Under the pieces are notes generated by a model. That model worked only from the letters and a program-made list of their open reading frames with translations, ran no database searches and was not told where the DNA came from. A program made the position numbers and the translations under genes. This document shows positions 51,701 to 63,183 of a DNA stretch of 64,000 bases, one piece after another (positions within the stretch are counted from its first letter, which is position 1; each line of letters opens with the position of its first letter). Source of the DNA: Tubulanus polymorphus (lineage: Eukaryota; Animalia; Nemertea); the NCBI RefSeq assembly GCF_964204645.1, contig NC_134028.1, positions 5,394,001-5,458,000 on the forward strand, read 5' to 3'.

Positions 51701-53133
51701 GAACCCAATGCTTCAAATGTGAGTGCAGAAGCATTCAACGAGAAAGTCTCAGCAACCGCCGATGTTTTCAGATCCGTTAAAATCGCAATCATTTCAGCGG
51801 TCAACGAATTAACCGATGTATATACGAGTCTTGACGAAATTCTCACTTCGGTGGAAAGTCGTCGAGGTTTTCCGTATTTACAAGTGGGAAAAATTATCGG
51901 TAACCTAGGAGTTGCCGCCGCCGCGATGGAAGTGTCGAGCATCCAGATGGAAAAGGATTTCGAACAGGTGTTAGAAAATCTCAAGTCACTGGAATCAGGA
52001 GGAGATTTGCTTGTGGAATGGTCGGATTTCGAATACATCTCCACCACGGAGATACCAATTCTTATCGACGCACTTGAATATCAAAGTTCCGGGTTTTATG
52101 GTAATCTGTCTAAGGTATTCGAAGAGCTTGAACAATTTCATGTAAATGTCGGCTTACATGAAATGCGATTTGACATGGCTTTTATGAAGTACGTGAACGC
52201 TTCGCGTGCCGTCATCGACGCCGAAAGCGGGAGCAATCTTTTTCATCTGATCAGCCTAATAAAAACTATAGAAAATACGCTAATTCTAAGTCTCAACAGA
52301 ACGATCGATTTGAATGGTTACGTGAACCTGAGCAAACTGCTCGGTAAAAATCTGAGATTCGATCATCTCGATATTTTTTATGAACGTTTCGGATTGTTCG
52401 TTGAAAATGAGTTTTTAGGCCTAGCAGTGGCACTCGACGAGGTCGTCGGCAATACCGCGTACACGGTGGATTTCCTGAAAACTGTGCGCAATGCTGTCAA
52501 TCTCACTGATCCCGATAGCAAAGAACACGAAACACTACAAGATGTGGCCAACGAACGAGACAGAATACGAAAAACTAAACACGAACTGGTGCAAAATCGG
52601 GCAAACGTTGACACGAAACGAAAATCACTACAGCGTAATGTAGAAACATTCTTTGAATCAACAAAAATCAACGAGAAATTTATTAGGTTTGTTCTATCCA
52701 GGTCACCCATTGACTTTTAGGGCCCGATTCTATCTTACCCTTAATATACATTTTCAGACTAGTTAATACACCTTCATTTCTATTTCACTTGTAGGGATAA
52801 TTTTGTCTACGTGAAGGTGTTCTTTCGGTCGTTAAGAGTTCAGAAACTGGTGAAGTCTCCCGCTTACTCTTGGTTTTCTCTCATCTGTAAGTCTTTAACG
52901 GAAAGTTTCATCGGTCCGAAATCATATTCTTTTCCATTTGTTTTTTTGGATATCTCTATCAGATTTTTTTTTCAGGTGATGTTGGTGGTACAGCTGGCTT
53001 ATATCTGGGAGCGTCGTTATTGGCTATAGTTGAAGTTGTGTATTTTGTATGCAGTCAGTTTCAGCGGTCAGTGTTAAAATCTTATCGCAGAAACTGCCGT
53101 GCTACTTCGCTAGGCCCTGCCACTCAACCCTAA
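48764..53133 (+). CDS. DEG/ENaC channel paralog 2, ~886 aa, tandem duplicate with giant extracellular insertion
   Basis: Exons 48764-48876, 49239-49412, 49764-49913, 50011-50129, 50383-50564, 50805-51000, 51210-52686, 52795-52886, 52976-53133 (2661 nt, open frame). Same intron positions and phases as paralog 1; TNFHG, FPAVTICNPN, TDYGKCFTFN, CDVGGTAGLYLGASLL. Confidence 0.93.
51210..52686 (+). CDS. 1477-nt exon 7 of channel paralog 2 (thumb end, beta10, ~460 aa helical insert)
   Basis: Acceptor AACAG at 51209, donor AG|GTTTGT after 52686; open reading frame (568-aa ORF of the track). Confidence 0.9.
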
Positions 53134-53678
53134 TTGAGATGAGTAGCCTTATCAGTTTGAATGAGTCGACCACATCTTTTTCGAACAGGGTAATTGTAGT
53201 AGGTTTGGGGTCCTCACGGAAAATGTGTACCGGCCCCGATGCTGACAACTGCGTATATTCCTCGACTTCTGTATTTCTATGCAATTTTCCCTTCATATTT
53301 TTGTCATATCTCATCAATTACTCTAAAATCAACTGACTCAGTGATCGGCTTGCAGGTCCGCTGGCGGACAGCCGAAATAAGGCGAATATTTCACCCCCTA
53401 ATGATCGGGTTTGATTTACCGGCATTTTGCATCATGTTATCTTTTATTTGATATTCTGTATTTTTTCAATACATGTTATTATCTTACATATGTATTTCTT
53501 TTATTTTCGGACAATTTGAGACAATAACTTTTGATTGAATTGAATTTCTATCGCTTCTTGTGAAATAAATTGAATTGAAATTGAATTCAATCGGTAAAAG
53601 GCATTGATTCTCAAGGTCGTTGACGGATTTTGACATTTTGTAAATTTTCGAAGAGAAACTACGGGAGATTATGACGTT

Positions 53679-55522
53679 ATGATGTCTGTGAAGATGTTTG
53701 TCGGCTGTCTGTTGCTGGGAACTTTGTCAGCGGAAGCTGTTTTTTATGCGTTTAATTGGATCCAAAAGCGCCGTCGAATGTGGGCCGCGAAAAAACCGAA
53801 CAAAATACTGAAAATCTTATTTTTCCCCGACGAAAATATGAGTTGTCAGGCATTTTTCAGAGACAGAAAAGGCTGCAGAAATCACGATTGCCGCTACAGC
53901 CACGAAACTACATCTTTAAGCCAGCTGCTATGTTTCTTAAATGCCGCAAAATCGAACTTGGATTTGTGTATATTTTTGATCACCTCACCGGAATTAGGGG
54001 ACGCAGTCGTTAATCTGCATAAGAGAGGAGTGGTTGTCAGAGTTATTGTCGATAGCGAACAGATCGACGCAAGCGGCTCTCAGATTGGAAAGTTTAGGTC
54101 GGAAGGTAAATATAGTGGTTTCGTCAAACAGCAGGGTATAAGGTTCACCCAGCACTGGCAGTGGTTGTCTCCACCAGTGATCTCCGTCGCTCTACGATCC
54201 TAGTGTAACCAACCACACAGACGCGTGCATTCAAATTCGCTGTACAGTTGCCGACCAGAATTTGGTCGGCTTTTTTGTCTGTGTTCAAACTGCGATATCT
54301 CGGCAAATAAACAACCGATTTTGATAAATAAACTATCTACACTAACCTTATGATGTCTTACGTTTGTTCATTATATCATTTTGACGATAAATCTGATTTT
54401 AGTACAATTAAATTTAAGATACAAAAATGATGCGCTGTTTAGTGATGGGACACGCATCGCTCAAGTGTCTTGTTGCTAACGAACTACAGTGTTACAATGC
54501 CTAGTTTCAAAGTGAAAAAATGGTGTCATTTTTGCTATTTCTGTATTTATATCGCATCAAGCACGGACTATGATGAAGGAACCTCCGAATGAATATAATA
54601 ATAAGAAAACTGAATGTTTGAGGTTTGTAAAGAGAGTTTATTTTTCACAATCGGTTTGGTGAAACTGGATTTCTGGTGGTTTAAAGCTGCAGTGATCTAA
54701 AAGTATCGAGAAAATGTCGTTCGCATCTTAGTGTCTGTGGTACATCAGACACTAAGATTCTTGGTGAAGGTATAAGGGTGTGTGCGTGTAGGAGGCATAT
54801 ACTGTAAGGTCTAAGCCCATCCGATTATAAAAAGCTTACCACCAACGATTAGGTAACTAACTACTGTAAGGTCATGTTGTAATTCAGACTAGTGCACACC
54901 TATGATCATCCATTAAATTAACTGAAGGATACCTATAACACCTGTATGATTGGAGACTACTAATAGGGGTACCTTGAATGACAAATTGCCAATGCTACTG
55001 CTGTGGCATTTGACGATTCTACTTACGGCAAGCAAGGATCTGCAAGTCTCACTAGTTATAGTTTATTGGTGTTCTGGGATCATGTTCTTCTACATTTCAG
55101 TTAAAATCGAATGAACTTTTTTTCTCTTGGTAAATCAATTCTTATTGACCACCTCCCTGGATCCGCCCAGTGTGGGAGCCTAAGAATCGAAATAAAACTT
55201 CAAGCGCCCCATTACCTGACTATCTAAAATAGGTAGCCCTAAAATGTTTGCGCTGTATGTTTTAGATTCTGAGTACGCAGTTTATCTTATCTTATTTCCA
55301 GGTATTCAAGTTCGTCACGATCAAACATCATATTTTATGCATCACAAATTCGCTATCGTCGACAATACCATACTTCTGAACGGTTCGTTCAACTGGTCGC
55401 GACAAGCTATCACGGGAAATAACGAAAACGTTTTAGTCACCAACGACGACGAAATTGTCCAACCGTATTGCCAAGAATTCAGAAGCTTATGGACGACGTT
55501 CGACCCTGCTTCGATTCTATGA
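53679..55522 (+). CDS. PLD6: Mitochondrial cardiolipin hydrolase / piRNA endonuclease Zucchini (PLD6), ~215 aa, 2 exons
   Basis: Exons 53679-54105 and 55302-55522 (phase 1). N-terminal hydrophobic anchor, CCCH zinc wing (C..C..C..H), single HKD motif HHKFAIVD followed by GSFNWS...NNEN. Confidence 0.93.
54144..54768. mobile_element. 625-bp non-autonomous element in the PLD6 intron with 9-bp target-site duplication
   Basis: Flanked by GGTATAAGG on both sides (54135-54143, 54769-54777); short TIR TTCACCCAG / CTTGGTGAA; subterminal hairpin ATCTTAGTGTCTG...CAGACACTAAGAT. Confidence 0.8.
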
Positions 55523-56557
55523 TTTCAACTGTTCGTCAATAATCGCACTCGTTTTAAATTGTGGTGGTATGAAATGTAGATTTAGATATACATATATGAT
55601 CGTTCGAAGTACGAATTAAGGATATGTTCGCAAATCTTGCATGAAATCGAATGTGTGTAGGTTATGAACCTAGAATCGAGTTAGTAGGGTTAATAAGACG
55701 TGGCAGCAAACATGCAGAGTTGTAGTCGATGAATTGTCTCAATGTGCAAAATCAAAAATTATGTTATGAATTTGTATAGATCAATGGCTTTATATGAAAA
55801 TGTTCCAATAATAAATGAAATTTGAGATTAAGATAATTTTTTCTTATTTCTGGTCACTGTGAAATCTTAAACATACTCAGTGGATCCTCGTTACAATTTT
55901 CGGGGGACATGAATATATCTAAACTTAACAACGTTCTGCTGTATCTTGGACCTATTCCATTACACATGACGGGTTTAAAAGATATCGCACATTATTTGAT
56001 GGAAAGCACACAGCCCATGGTGAGTTAAATAGAATGTCGACCTGTCCTAAAGTGCTGAATGCTCGAGACCATCAAACTCAATAGAACAGAGTGGTGGACA
56101 ATGTACAACAACAACAAATATAGAAACAAAAATAATTTATTCATTATTCGAGATAAATACCATAAACCATTCATACAGTCATACACCTAACAACAAGAAA
56201 ATAATGCACATGAAGCTTATCAAAGTTGGAGATTAATCAGATGCTCAGCCTTGGAAAATATAGTGAATGAAAATATCTTTCAGAAATTCCTCTAGAGAGC
56301 CGAGGTAGGAAAAAAAGATCATCAGATTTAATATATAACTTACATATTCTCTGATACACACATACATAAATACTTGAGCACAGTGAATTCAGACATTTCT
56401 GTCACTTAAAGAGAGTACATTAAATACTGTGATGGACTCTGAGAGGCTTTAACACATTTGCTGCCTTGATCATTCCAACTGGTTAACGCGAGTTGGCGCG
56501 ATCCGCCATTTCGGTTTAATTAGGCGATACAATCACAGAGTAGTGTTTTTGCTTCGT

Positions 56558-58549
56558 TCAATCGTTCAAACGCAATAAATCTCCAGATGTTGTCTTTATC
56601 CTATTAAGAAACACGATATTCTACACATGTATCCAGGATATTTGCAACGCAGTTTTGCAGTATTTTGAATTGACTCATTACCTCTGAACCATATCCGCAC
56701 CAATGATATCGTGTAGATGGTATTCCATTCCTAGTTTAACACTTTTAGGTAGATTTCTTTGCTCGAGTTCCTAAGTAAGAAAACATTCTTCAAAATTATA
56801 AAAATTATAATAAAATCTGCATTAAGAACAGGTTTGATATCGAAAATGAATCTTACAGTTTTAAGTATTTCTTTGTATTTGGACTTTTTGATCATAGCTA
56901 CCACAGCTTTTCGTCCGCGAATAAAGCTTTTGATAAATGCACCAATTGCGGGTATAGCTAACCACCAGCTACCTACATCACGTACTGTCAGAATACTGCA
57001 CTGTACTAGCTTGCTGAAATGAATAAAATCAACTACACGGAGAAACTACAATAGAATCCGCTTGATTTGGATCATTTGGGACCAACAAAATTCATGCAGT
57101 TAGTTTACAGGAATCCAGCTTAAAAGTCATTTTCATGTATATTAATGAACAAATGGACTGCAAATATTGCCACCTTAATCCGGATTAAGTGAGTTCGATC
57201 AGAATCATAATTTCATAGTTAACATCATAGTCATTTGGCTGCATTTTTTTATTGATATTAAAACGTATCATTATTTGTACCTTATTCGGACATTTTCAGA
57301 TAAAGAATTAGATAACAAATTGTGATGACTAACGTAATTTCAGCTTCCGTGAAGTTAAACGCGGTTGTCAACGTTTTCCTATCGAGACTTACGTCAGGGC
57401 AACATTTCAAAACATTCTCGCTATATTTTTCTGTAATTTAAAAGCAAATGAAAAATTTTACTTACAAATATCAATTGAGGTGAAAATTTTGTTCATAAAC
57501 GATGCACTTAATTTAGGAATTCGATCTAAAGAAGCAGCAAACCTATTATGGAAGATTGTAAGCCCATGATTTTACTGTGCTCTTTAACATAATCGATGTA
57601 ATCCGTTGTGAATACGACACCATATTCATCTTCATCTGACAAACTGAGTTTAAAGAGTCTTATTTCACTGCTGTTCCGTAGTTCGCCCTATCATAAGATA
57701 AATTGAAATACAGCGGCTGGATTTAAACACTTGTAGGCCTATAACTTTAAGCCAGGGGCTAACCAGGGTGGCCACTTTCCTCCTAATTACAAATCCATGA
57801 TTTTCCCATGTGATTAGATAAAATTCCGTGAATCAGAGAAATTTCTAGGTTTAATATGCAATAAATTCATTCATTTTTCGGTAAATCACGCGCTGATAAT
57901 GAAACACAGTCAAAAGCATTATGTGAATTCCCTGGGCCCAGTTTTATAGACTGGCGCTAACTTTAACCAGGGGGTTAACTTTCCAGGTATTACAGGTCAG
58001 CGGCCACCCAGTCACTTCATTATCAATTGAGTAAGCCTCTGGGTTAAGATAATATCAGTCTATAAAATACAACCGGCCCCCGGGTGAAGCATTAAATAGA
58101 ATTAAGTGACTACTACGATTTCTGTTCTTACCAATTGTTTATCAACGAGGGTTCGATTTTTCAGAATACTGTATAACTGATGTTTTAACATTATCGCAGG
58201 AAGATCGCGTTCAAACTTATCCTTCGGGAAAATGTTTTTCAGATAGAGTAGCGTTGTCTTAGTGTCATTCGGTATATTCGTTTCTAAAAGTTAACAAAAA
58301 AGACCATTATGATACAGCAGCTTTGGTTACACTTAATTTCATATCGAGGCCACCATAAATTTGGCGAAACAGTGAGCTCGGCAACTGCAGGATTATTCTT
58401 CATTTACCCATAATATCATCCTTCTCAAAATGAACGTTGTTAGTGGAAGAGCTTGACGAGCCGGCTAGAACTCGGCCTGTTGTGCACTGTCGCTTTCTGT
58501 GTTTATGGTGTAACGTGTGATTAAGAGGCAACAGACGCTTACGATTCAT
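56558..58549 (-). CDS. STK19: STK19 (winged-helix DNA-binding factor of transcription-coupled repair), ~274 aa, 7 exons
   Basis: Minus-strand exons 58549-58408, 58283-58132, 57687-57543, 57430-57334, 57013-56857, 56770-56682, 56600-56558, all phase-consistent. Peptides LPAIMLKHQLYS, LTVRDVGSWWLAIP, KLGMEYHLHDIIGA, TTSGDLLRL match the STK19 family as recalled. Confidence 0.92.
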
Positions 58550-59342
58550 GATTCAAACCACTGACCATCAACAATCCTATGAGAAAAAGTGTTTTGTATG
58601 TCATGAGGAAAACAAGTGAACAGTTACGGTAGGCCTAATTAATTCAAGTAAAGTTAGATAAAGATCATATAGATCGAGAGAGTGAGAGAGTTTAATTTGT
58701 GGGTAAGCAAGAATAGCTCATCAGAACGTCGACCCAGTATATCGATATCTGACAAAGCAGCTTCTATGATACAGTTACTAGGCCTGGGTACGGGTACCCT
58801 CAAATATCTTTGATTTTGCGTTGGGTACACAAATTTTGATTAATGCTAAAAAACCAAGTCAGAACTCACAGAACTGCCCGACGACCTTGAGAAATTTTTA
58901 CGTAGGAGTACGCTACGGTACTGCCTCGGTTTGGAGTAAAACCCGGATATTCTAATCCGCATGCCAGTGGAGCATCCGCGGCGGCGCGCATGTTTACTCT
59001 GTTTACCCGGTGTTCCTCATCCGAGAGAGTGAACAGAGATTAAGGAGATTTTTTTTAGATACACATACGGCAACACAAGGGTCTGATGCAAATATTTTTT
59101 GACCCAAGCGTCCAAGGTACTGTGTAGTTTTTTTTCTTATATATATAGTAGCCTACGGTACCTTGGGAAAATCAAAAGTAGCGTAGTTCCCTAACCCTAA
59201 ACAACGACTGGTACTTCAGAATAAATACACTGCACACCAGGTCAGGAGGTTGTTGCGATCTTAAAAACAAACTCGACATTGATTATCTATTCGTGTACAG
59301 TTTTAAATTTTGGTGTCACGATAGAAGGGTTTGTCCATTTTG

Positions 59343-59446
59343 TTCTCCCAGCACTGGCAGTGGTTGTCTCCACCAGTGATCTCCGTCGCTCTACGATCCT
59401 AGTGTAACCCAACTGTGGTACATCAGACACTAAGATTCTTGGTGAA
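59343..59446. mobile_element. 104-bp short version of the PLD6-intron element, with 8-bp target-site duplication
   Basis: Near-identical to both ends of 54144-54768 but lacks the ~520-bp middle; flanked by CCATTTTG on both sides (59335-59342, 59447-59454). Confidence 0.8.
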
Positions 59447-59911
59447 CCATTTTGTATACTGGCACTATTACAATATGTTTTCGTCGTCAAAAATCATGTA
59501 ACAAATAAATGCGTGGCAAATATTTCTCAACGTTGTATGTATCAACCGGAAGAAAACGGATAACCAAGAATGTCATGGAAGATCAGAAGTAGGTTCTCTA
59601 TGTCGGATTCGACAAACTCAAGATGATTGTTGAAAGATCTTTGTTGACACTTAATAATGAGAGAGTGAGACATGCAACATCTAACGCGGATATCACGGTC
59701 GGAGATTCTTCACGGGCCACCATAGGGTCAAAAAACGTTGCCTAAAATTCCCGTCATTGAACTAGCAATACATCTGAACTAACAATGAACTAACAATCAG
59801 AATACGTGTACTGGAAACGTAGGTCTTATCATATACGTATCGTTAATCGATCAGTCGCTGCAGCAGTCTGTTACTGGTTAGCACTACTAGCTTCACAACA
59901 TATTGTGTCGC

Positions 59912-59985
59912 TACTGATAGGTGGTCTGGTGGTTAGCACGAATTTTTCAAATGCTGGAGGATCGCGGTTCGATTCTTGGCTGTGC
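59912..59985 (+). pseudogene. tRNA-derived SINE head or tRNA pseudogene
   Basis: A-box-like TGGTCTGGTGG and B-box GGTTCGATTCT at tRNA-like spacing; no intact cloverleaf. Confidence 0.45.
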
Positions 59986-60030
59986 TGCGATATTAGCGCC
60001 ACGATTCTTTTTTCATCCCTTTTTATACCC

Positions 60031-60197
60031 TGACTCAAAGTTCCCAGCATAGCAAATCCTATCGACGATAAAAAATATAAACGGGGAAATCCCAGGTATA
60101 TGTTCTTATACATGTCCTCATTTTTCGATAATGAAGGCGGGAAATCCCAGGAATCTTGCGTCAGTTTGTGTTCGGAATTGGCGAGAGACGGACGTCA
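60031..60197 (+). promoter_or_regulatory. Cluster of immune/stress TF motifs: two NF-kB-type GGGAAATCCC, AP-1 TGACTCA, CRE-like GACGTCA
   Basis: GGGAAATCCC at 60084-60093 and 60139-60148; TGACTCA at 60031; GACGTCA at 60191. Confidence 0.55.
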
Positions 60198-60226
60198 CTC
60201 TCAAAATGTGCGTCTTTTCGAAGCAG

Positions 60227-61150
60227 ATGGAGGAAGTAGAGGCCGTTTACAAACAGAAATATGATAAATTTCTGCGGTCTAGAAAGGATTTATGTCAAGT
60301 GATTCTGAAACTTGCCGCAGCTTACAAAACACACGACAGAAATGTGAGGAAAGCTAAGATTACGTCGGCTGCAGTTGGTTTAGGGGTCGGTCTTCCACTG
60401 TCTGTGGCTACATTGGCACTGTTCATAGTCACTGCTGGTATAGCTGTACCAATCGTTGGTGGTGTTGCTGCCGGAGTTGGTGTAACCACAGGAGTTGCTG
60501 GTTCTGGTAGCGATTTGACGCTGTGGGTTATTGGTAAAAAAATTCGAAAGCGGGTGAACCGAGTTATTGAGGCTCATATTAAAGAAATGGAAGAGTTGGG
60601 GAATTTGCGAGCTAGATTATCTGAGATGTACGAAGACCTGAAGAGGGAGCAGATTAAACTAGGTAAATACCTAAATGAGAAATATATAATGTAATAACAT
60701 AATCAATACTTTCAACTTTTTTTTATTCAAACAGGTGTATTTGGAGTTGGGGGTATGTTGAAAGGAGCAGGCATAGCGATCACGAAACCCTTTGCCATAG
60801 TTGATGATTTCATTACTATAGGGCGAATAGCCAGTGAAGGTCTTGAAGCAGGGGGCGCTGCATCGAAAGCCGGAACCTCAATGTTTAAAGCCGTAGGAAC
60901 TGCGGGTAAAGTCTTCCAGATTGGTGGATTCGTATTTTCCCTAGTCGGGGCTGGAGTAGATATCTACACGATAGTCGACTCGGCCAGGGAGTTACAGAAG
61001 CCGGGTCCAGAGTTAGAAGCGAAACTAGTTGAATTAGTTTTTGGTGAGATGGTTTTGAATGAAGAACACAGAGAGGAGCTGAAATTGTTCTGTATCGAAA
61101 ACGACATATCTGCGATTCCTGAACCAGTCCCGGTTGCAGTGAGTCTCTGA
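60227..61150 (+). CDS. Apolipoprotein L-like (ApoL family) protein, ~283 aa, 2 exons; start uncertain (60131, 60206 or 60227)
   Basis: Exons 60227-60662 and 60735-61150 (phase 1). ApoL-like layout: amphipathic helix, then HDRNVRKAKITSAAVG, a Gly/Ala-rich hydrophobic hairpin, and C-terminal GGFVFSLVGAGVDIYTIVDSAREL. Confidence 0.75.
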
Positions 61151-61381
61151 AAACAGTAACCATAACCACATTCTTTGGCTAATTATTGAACTCAAATTCT
61201 ATCAACACGTACATGTATCATGTTAAGGCCCGGACACACTGGGCGATTTGGTCGCCCGATTTCGTCGCCCGACGAAATCGCCGGTAAAATCTAATTTCTT
61301 TGTCTGGATATTTTGTCTGTTTTAACCTAATTTCTTTGTCTGGATATCGTGTGAAGTAACAAAGACAATGGAATATGTATA

Positions 61382-61580
61382 CGTAGTTGGAACTTGTCCT
61401 ATCATTTTCACAGTTTACAAATAAATGCTATGTGAAAATGTTCCATTTACCTATAAAAAATCATATATTGCAGCTCAATGAAAAATTTCATATCATAAAA
61501 CAAACATATGTGTAGTTGGAACTTGTCCTATCATGGTCACAGTTTACAAATGATATGTGAAAATGTTCCATTTATCTAAA
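61382..61580. repeat. ~130-bp-period tandem duplication downstream of the ApoL-like stop
   Basis: GTAGTTGGAACTTGTCCTATCAT..CACAGTTTACAAAT..ATGTGAAAATGTTCCATTTA occurs at ~61383 and ~61512. Confidence 0.8.
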
Positions 61581-63183
61581 TAAATATATGAAAGATATCA
61601 TTGCTACTCTATGCAGTATTTCATATATTATTTAATAGGACTTGAGCACAGTAAGTTCAGTTGGTGTGATATATAGGAAGCAAGGTAGATAGATATTCAG
61701 ACTGCCAGGGCTGATTCAGGATCCACTGTTTTGCCATTTTAACATCTTAAGCACACTCTTAAGACATCAATTCTGTGTGCCTGAGTGATTTAATGTCTAA
61801 ATCGATAACGCGAGAGTCTTCGCGCAGAGTCTTCATTGAACCTTAAAATTCGTGCAAACATCGTTAAAACAAGAATTCGCTTGATAACAGCAAATAGGCC
61901 CGGCAAACAGGGCACAAGTCATCAGATCACAGGAACTAAAAAAAGACTGAAGTTTGAAAATATTAATTTGTTATTTTTTTTACAATTGCACAAAATTTAC
62001 ACCAAATGATAAATCCAAGGCATTATTATTAAGGCAAAAACATTTGTATTGCTATCATTTTCCACTAAATGTTTATTCAAAATGAACGACTAACAATTCG
62101 AAAAATGGCGACCGACGCCACGAAGTCATCTTATCACAGGAAACAAGAAACTAATATTAAAAAATATATAGTTTTGTTATTTATAAAAATTTACAAAATA
62201 GGATGAAAACAATTATAAAAAAGCTAACATGATGATTCGTATCTAAAAGATTTTCAACAAAATGTTTATGAAAACAAATTTCAAAAAGTGATCGGTGCAA
62301 TAATTTCGAAAAATGGTATAGAATGAAATTACAATGATTGGATCTGATAAATGATTTCGAAGAATAGTATAAATTGAGATAACATTGATCTGATTGAGGA
62401 TAATTATTTTTGTTGTACAAAATGTACAAAAATGATTGGTTGTTGATTTAGAAATTGATTAATTAATGAATAACAGCAACATATTTTTGAAATTTGAAAT
62501 TTTGAAATGTTTGATGAAAACGATTGGTTTATGATTAGATAAAAACACAAAATAAAACATGAATTTCAGGAGATGATTCGCTGTTGCTTCAAAAGCAAGG
62601 TTACAGAGGTTGACTGAACTGATAGAACCCGATTACTTCTTACACCGGAAAACCGTCTTCAGAAAAACCAAAAATCGTTAAACAGGCATAGCAAGGAGCC
62701 TATAGCACCACACCGCCCGAGAAATACGAAAATATTTTTGAAAAAAATTAACGCACCAGGGTGGTCCGTTTCCACAGTTGCGGGCCGAGATTTGCATTCG
62801 GAATCAGAATTAAAAAAGAACTAATTTTGACTCCAAACACAAATTTCAACCCTCCGCTATGGAACATGTCTAGAAATTCACAGACAAGGTCCCTCGCTTT
62901 CGGTAAAAATTCCACGTACCAAAAATGACGATTATCGAAATTCATCCATTAACCCTTAAACTAAACCTTCGAAATTCATCTCCAAAATTGGACGTCCCCG
63001 TTTGACGAATAGCATTAGATGATTGGCTTACATCGCATGGACGGTAATGCTAAAGGTTTTACGATGCTGCGCTTCCTGGTGCGAGTAGTCCCCGAGTTCT
63101 ATCAACCCCTTCAACATGTAACCGAACTTCATATTCAACAGCTGAATCACCTCCAGATTAGATTAGTTAAAGTAACAGGTTAT

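Noticed and set aside
56759-57022. Plus-strand 87-aa hydrophobic ORF
   Set aside because: Antisense shadow of STK19 exons and intron.
59912-59985. Functional tRNA gene
   Set aside because: A/B boxes are present but the acceptor and anticodon stems do not pair.
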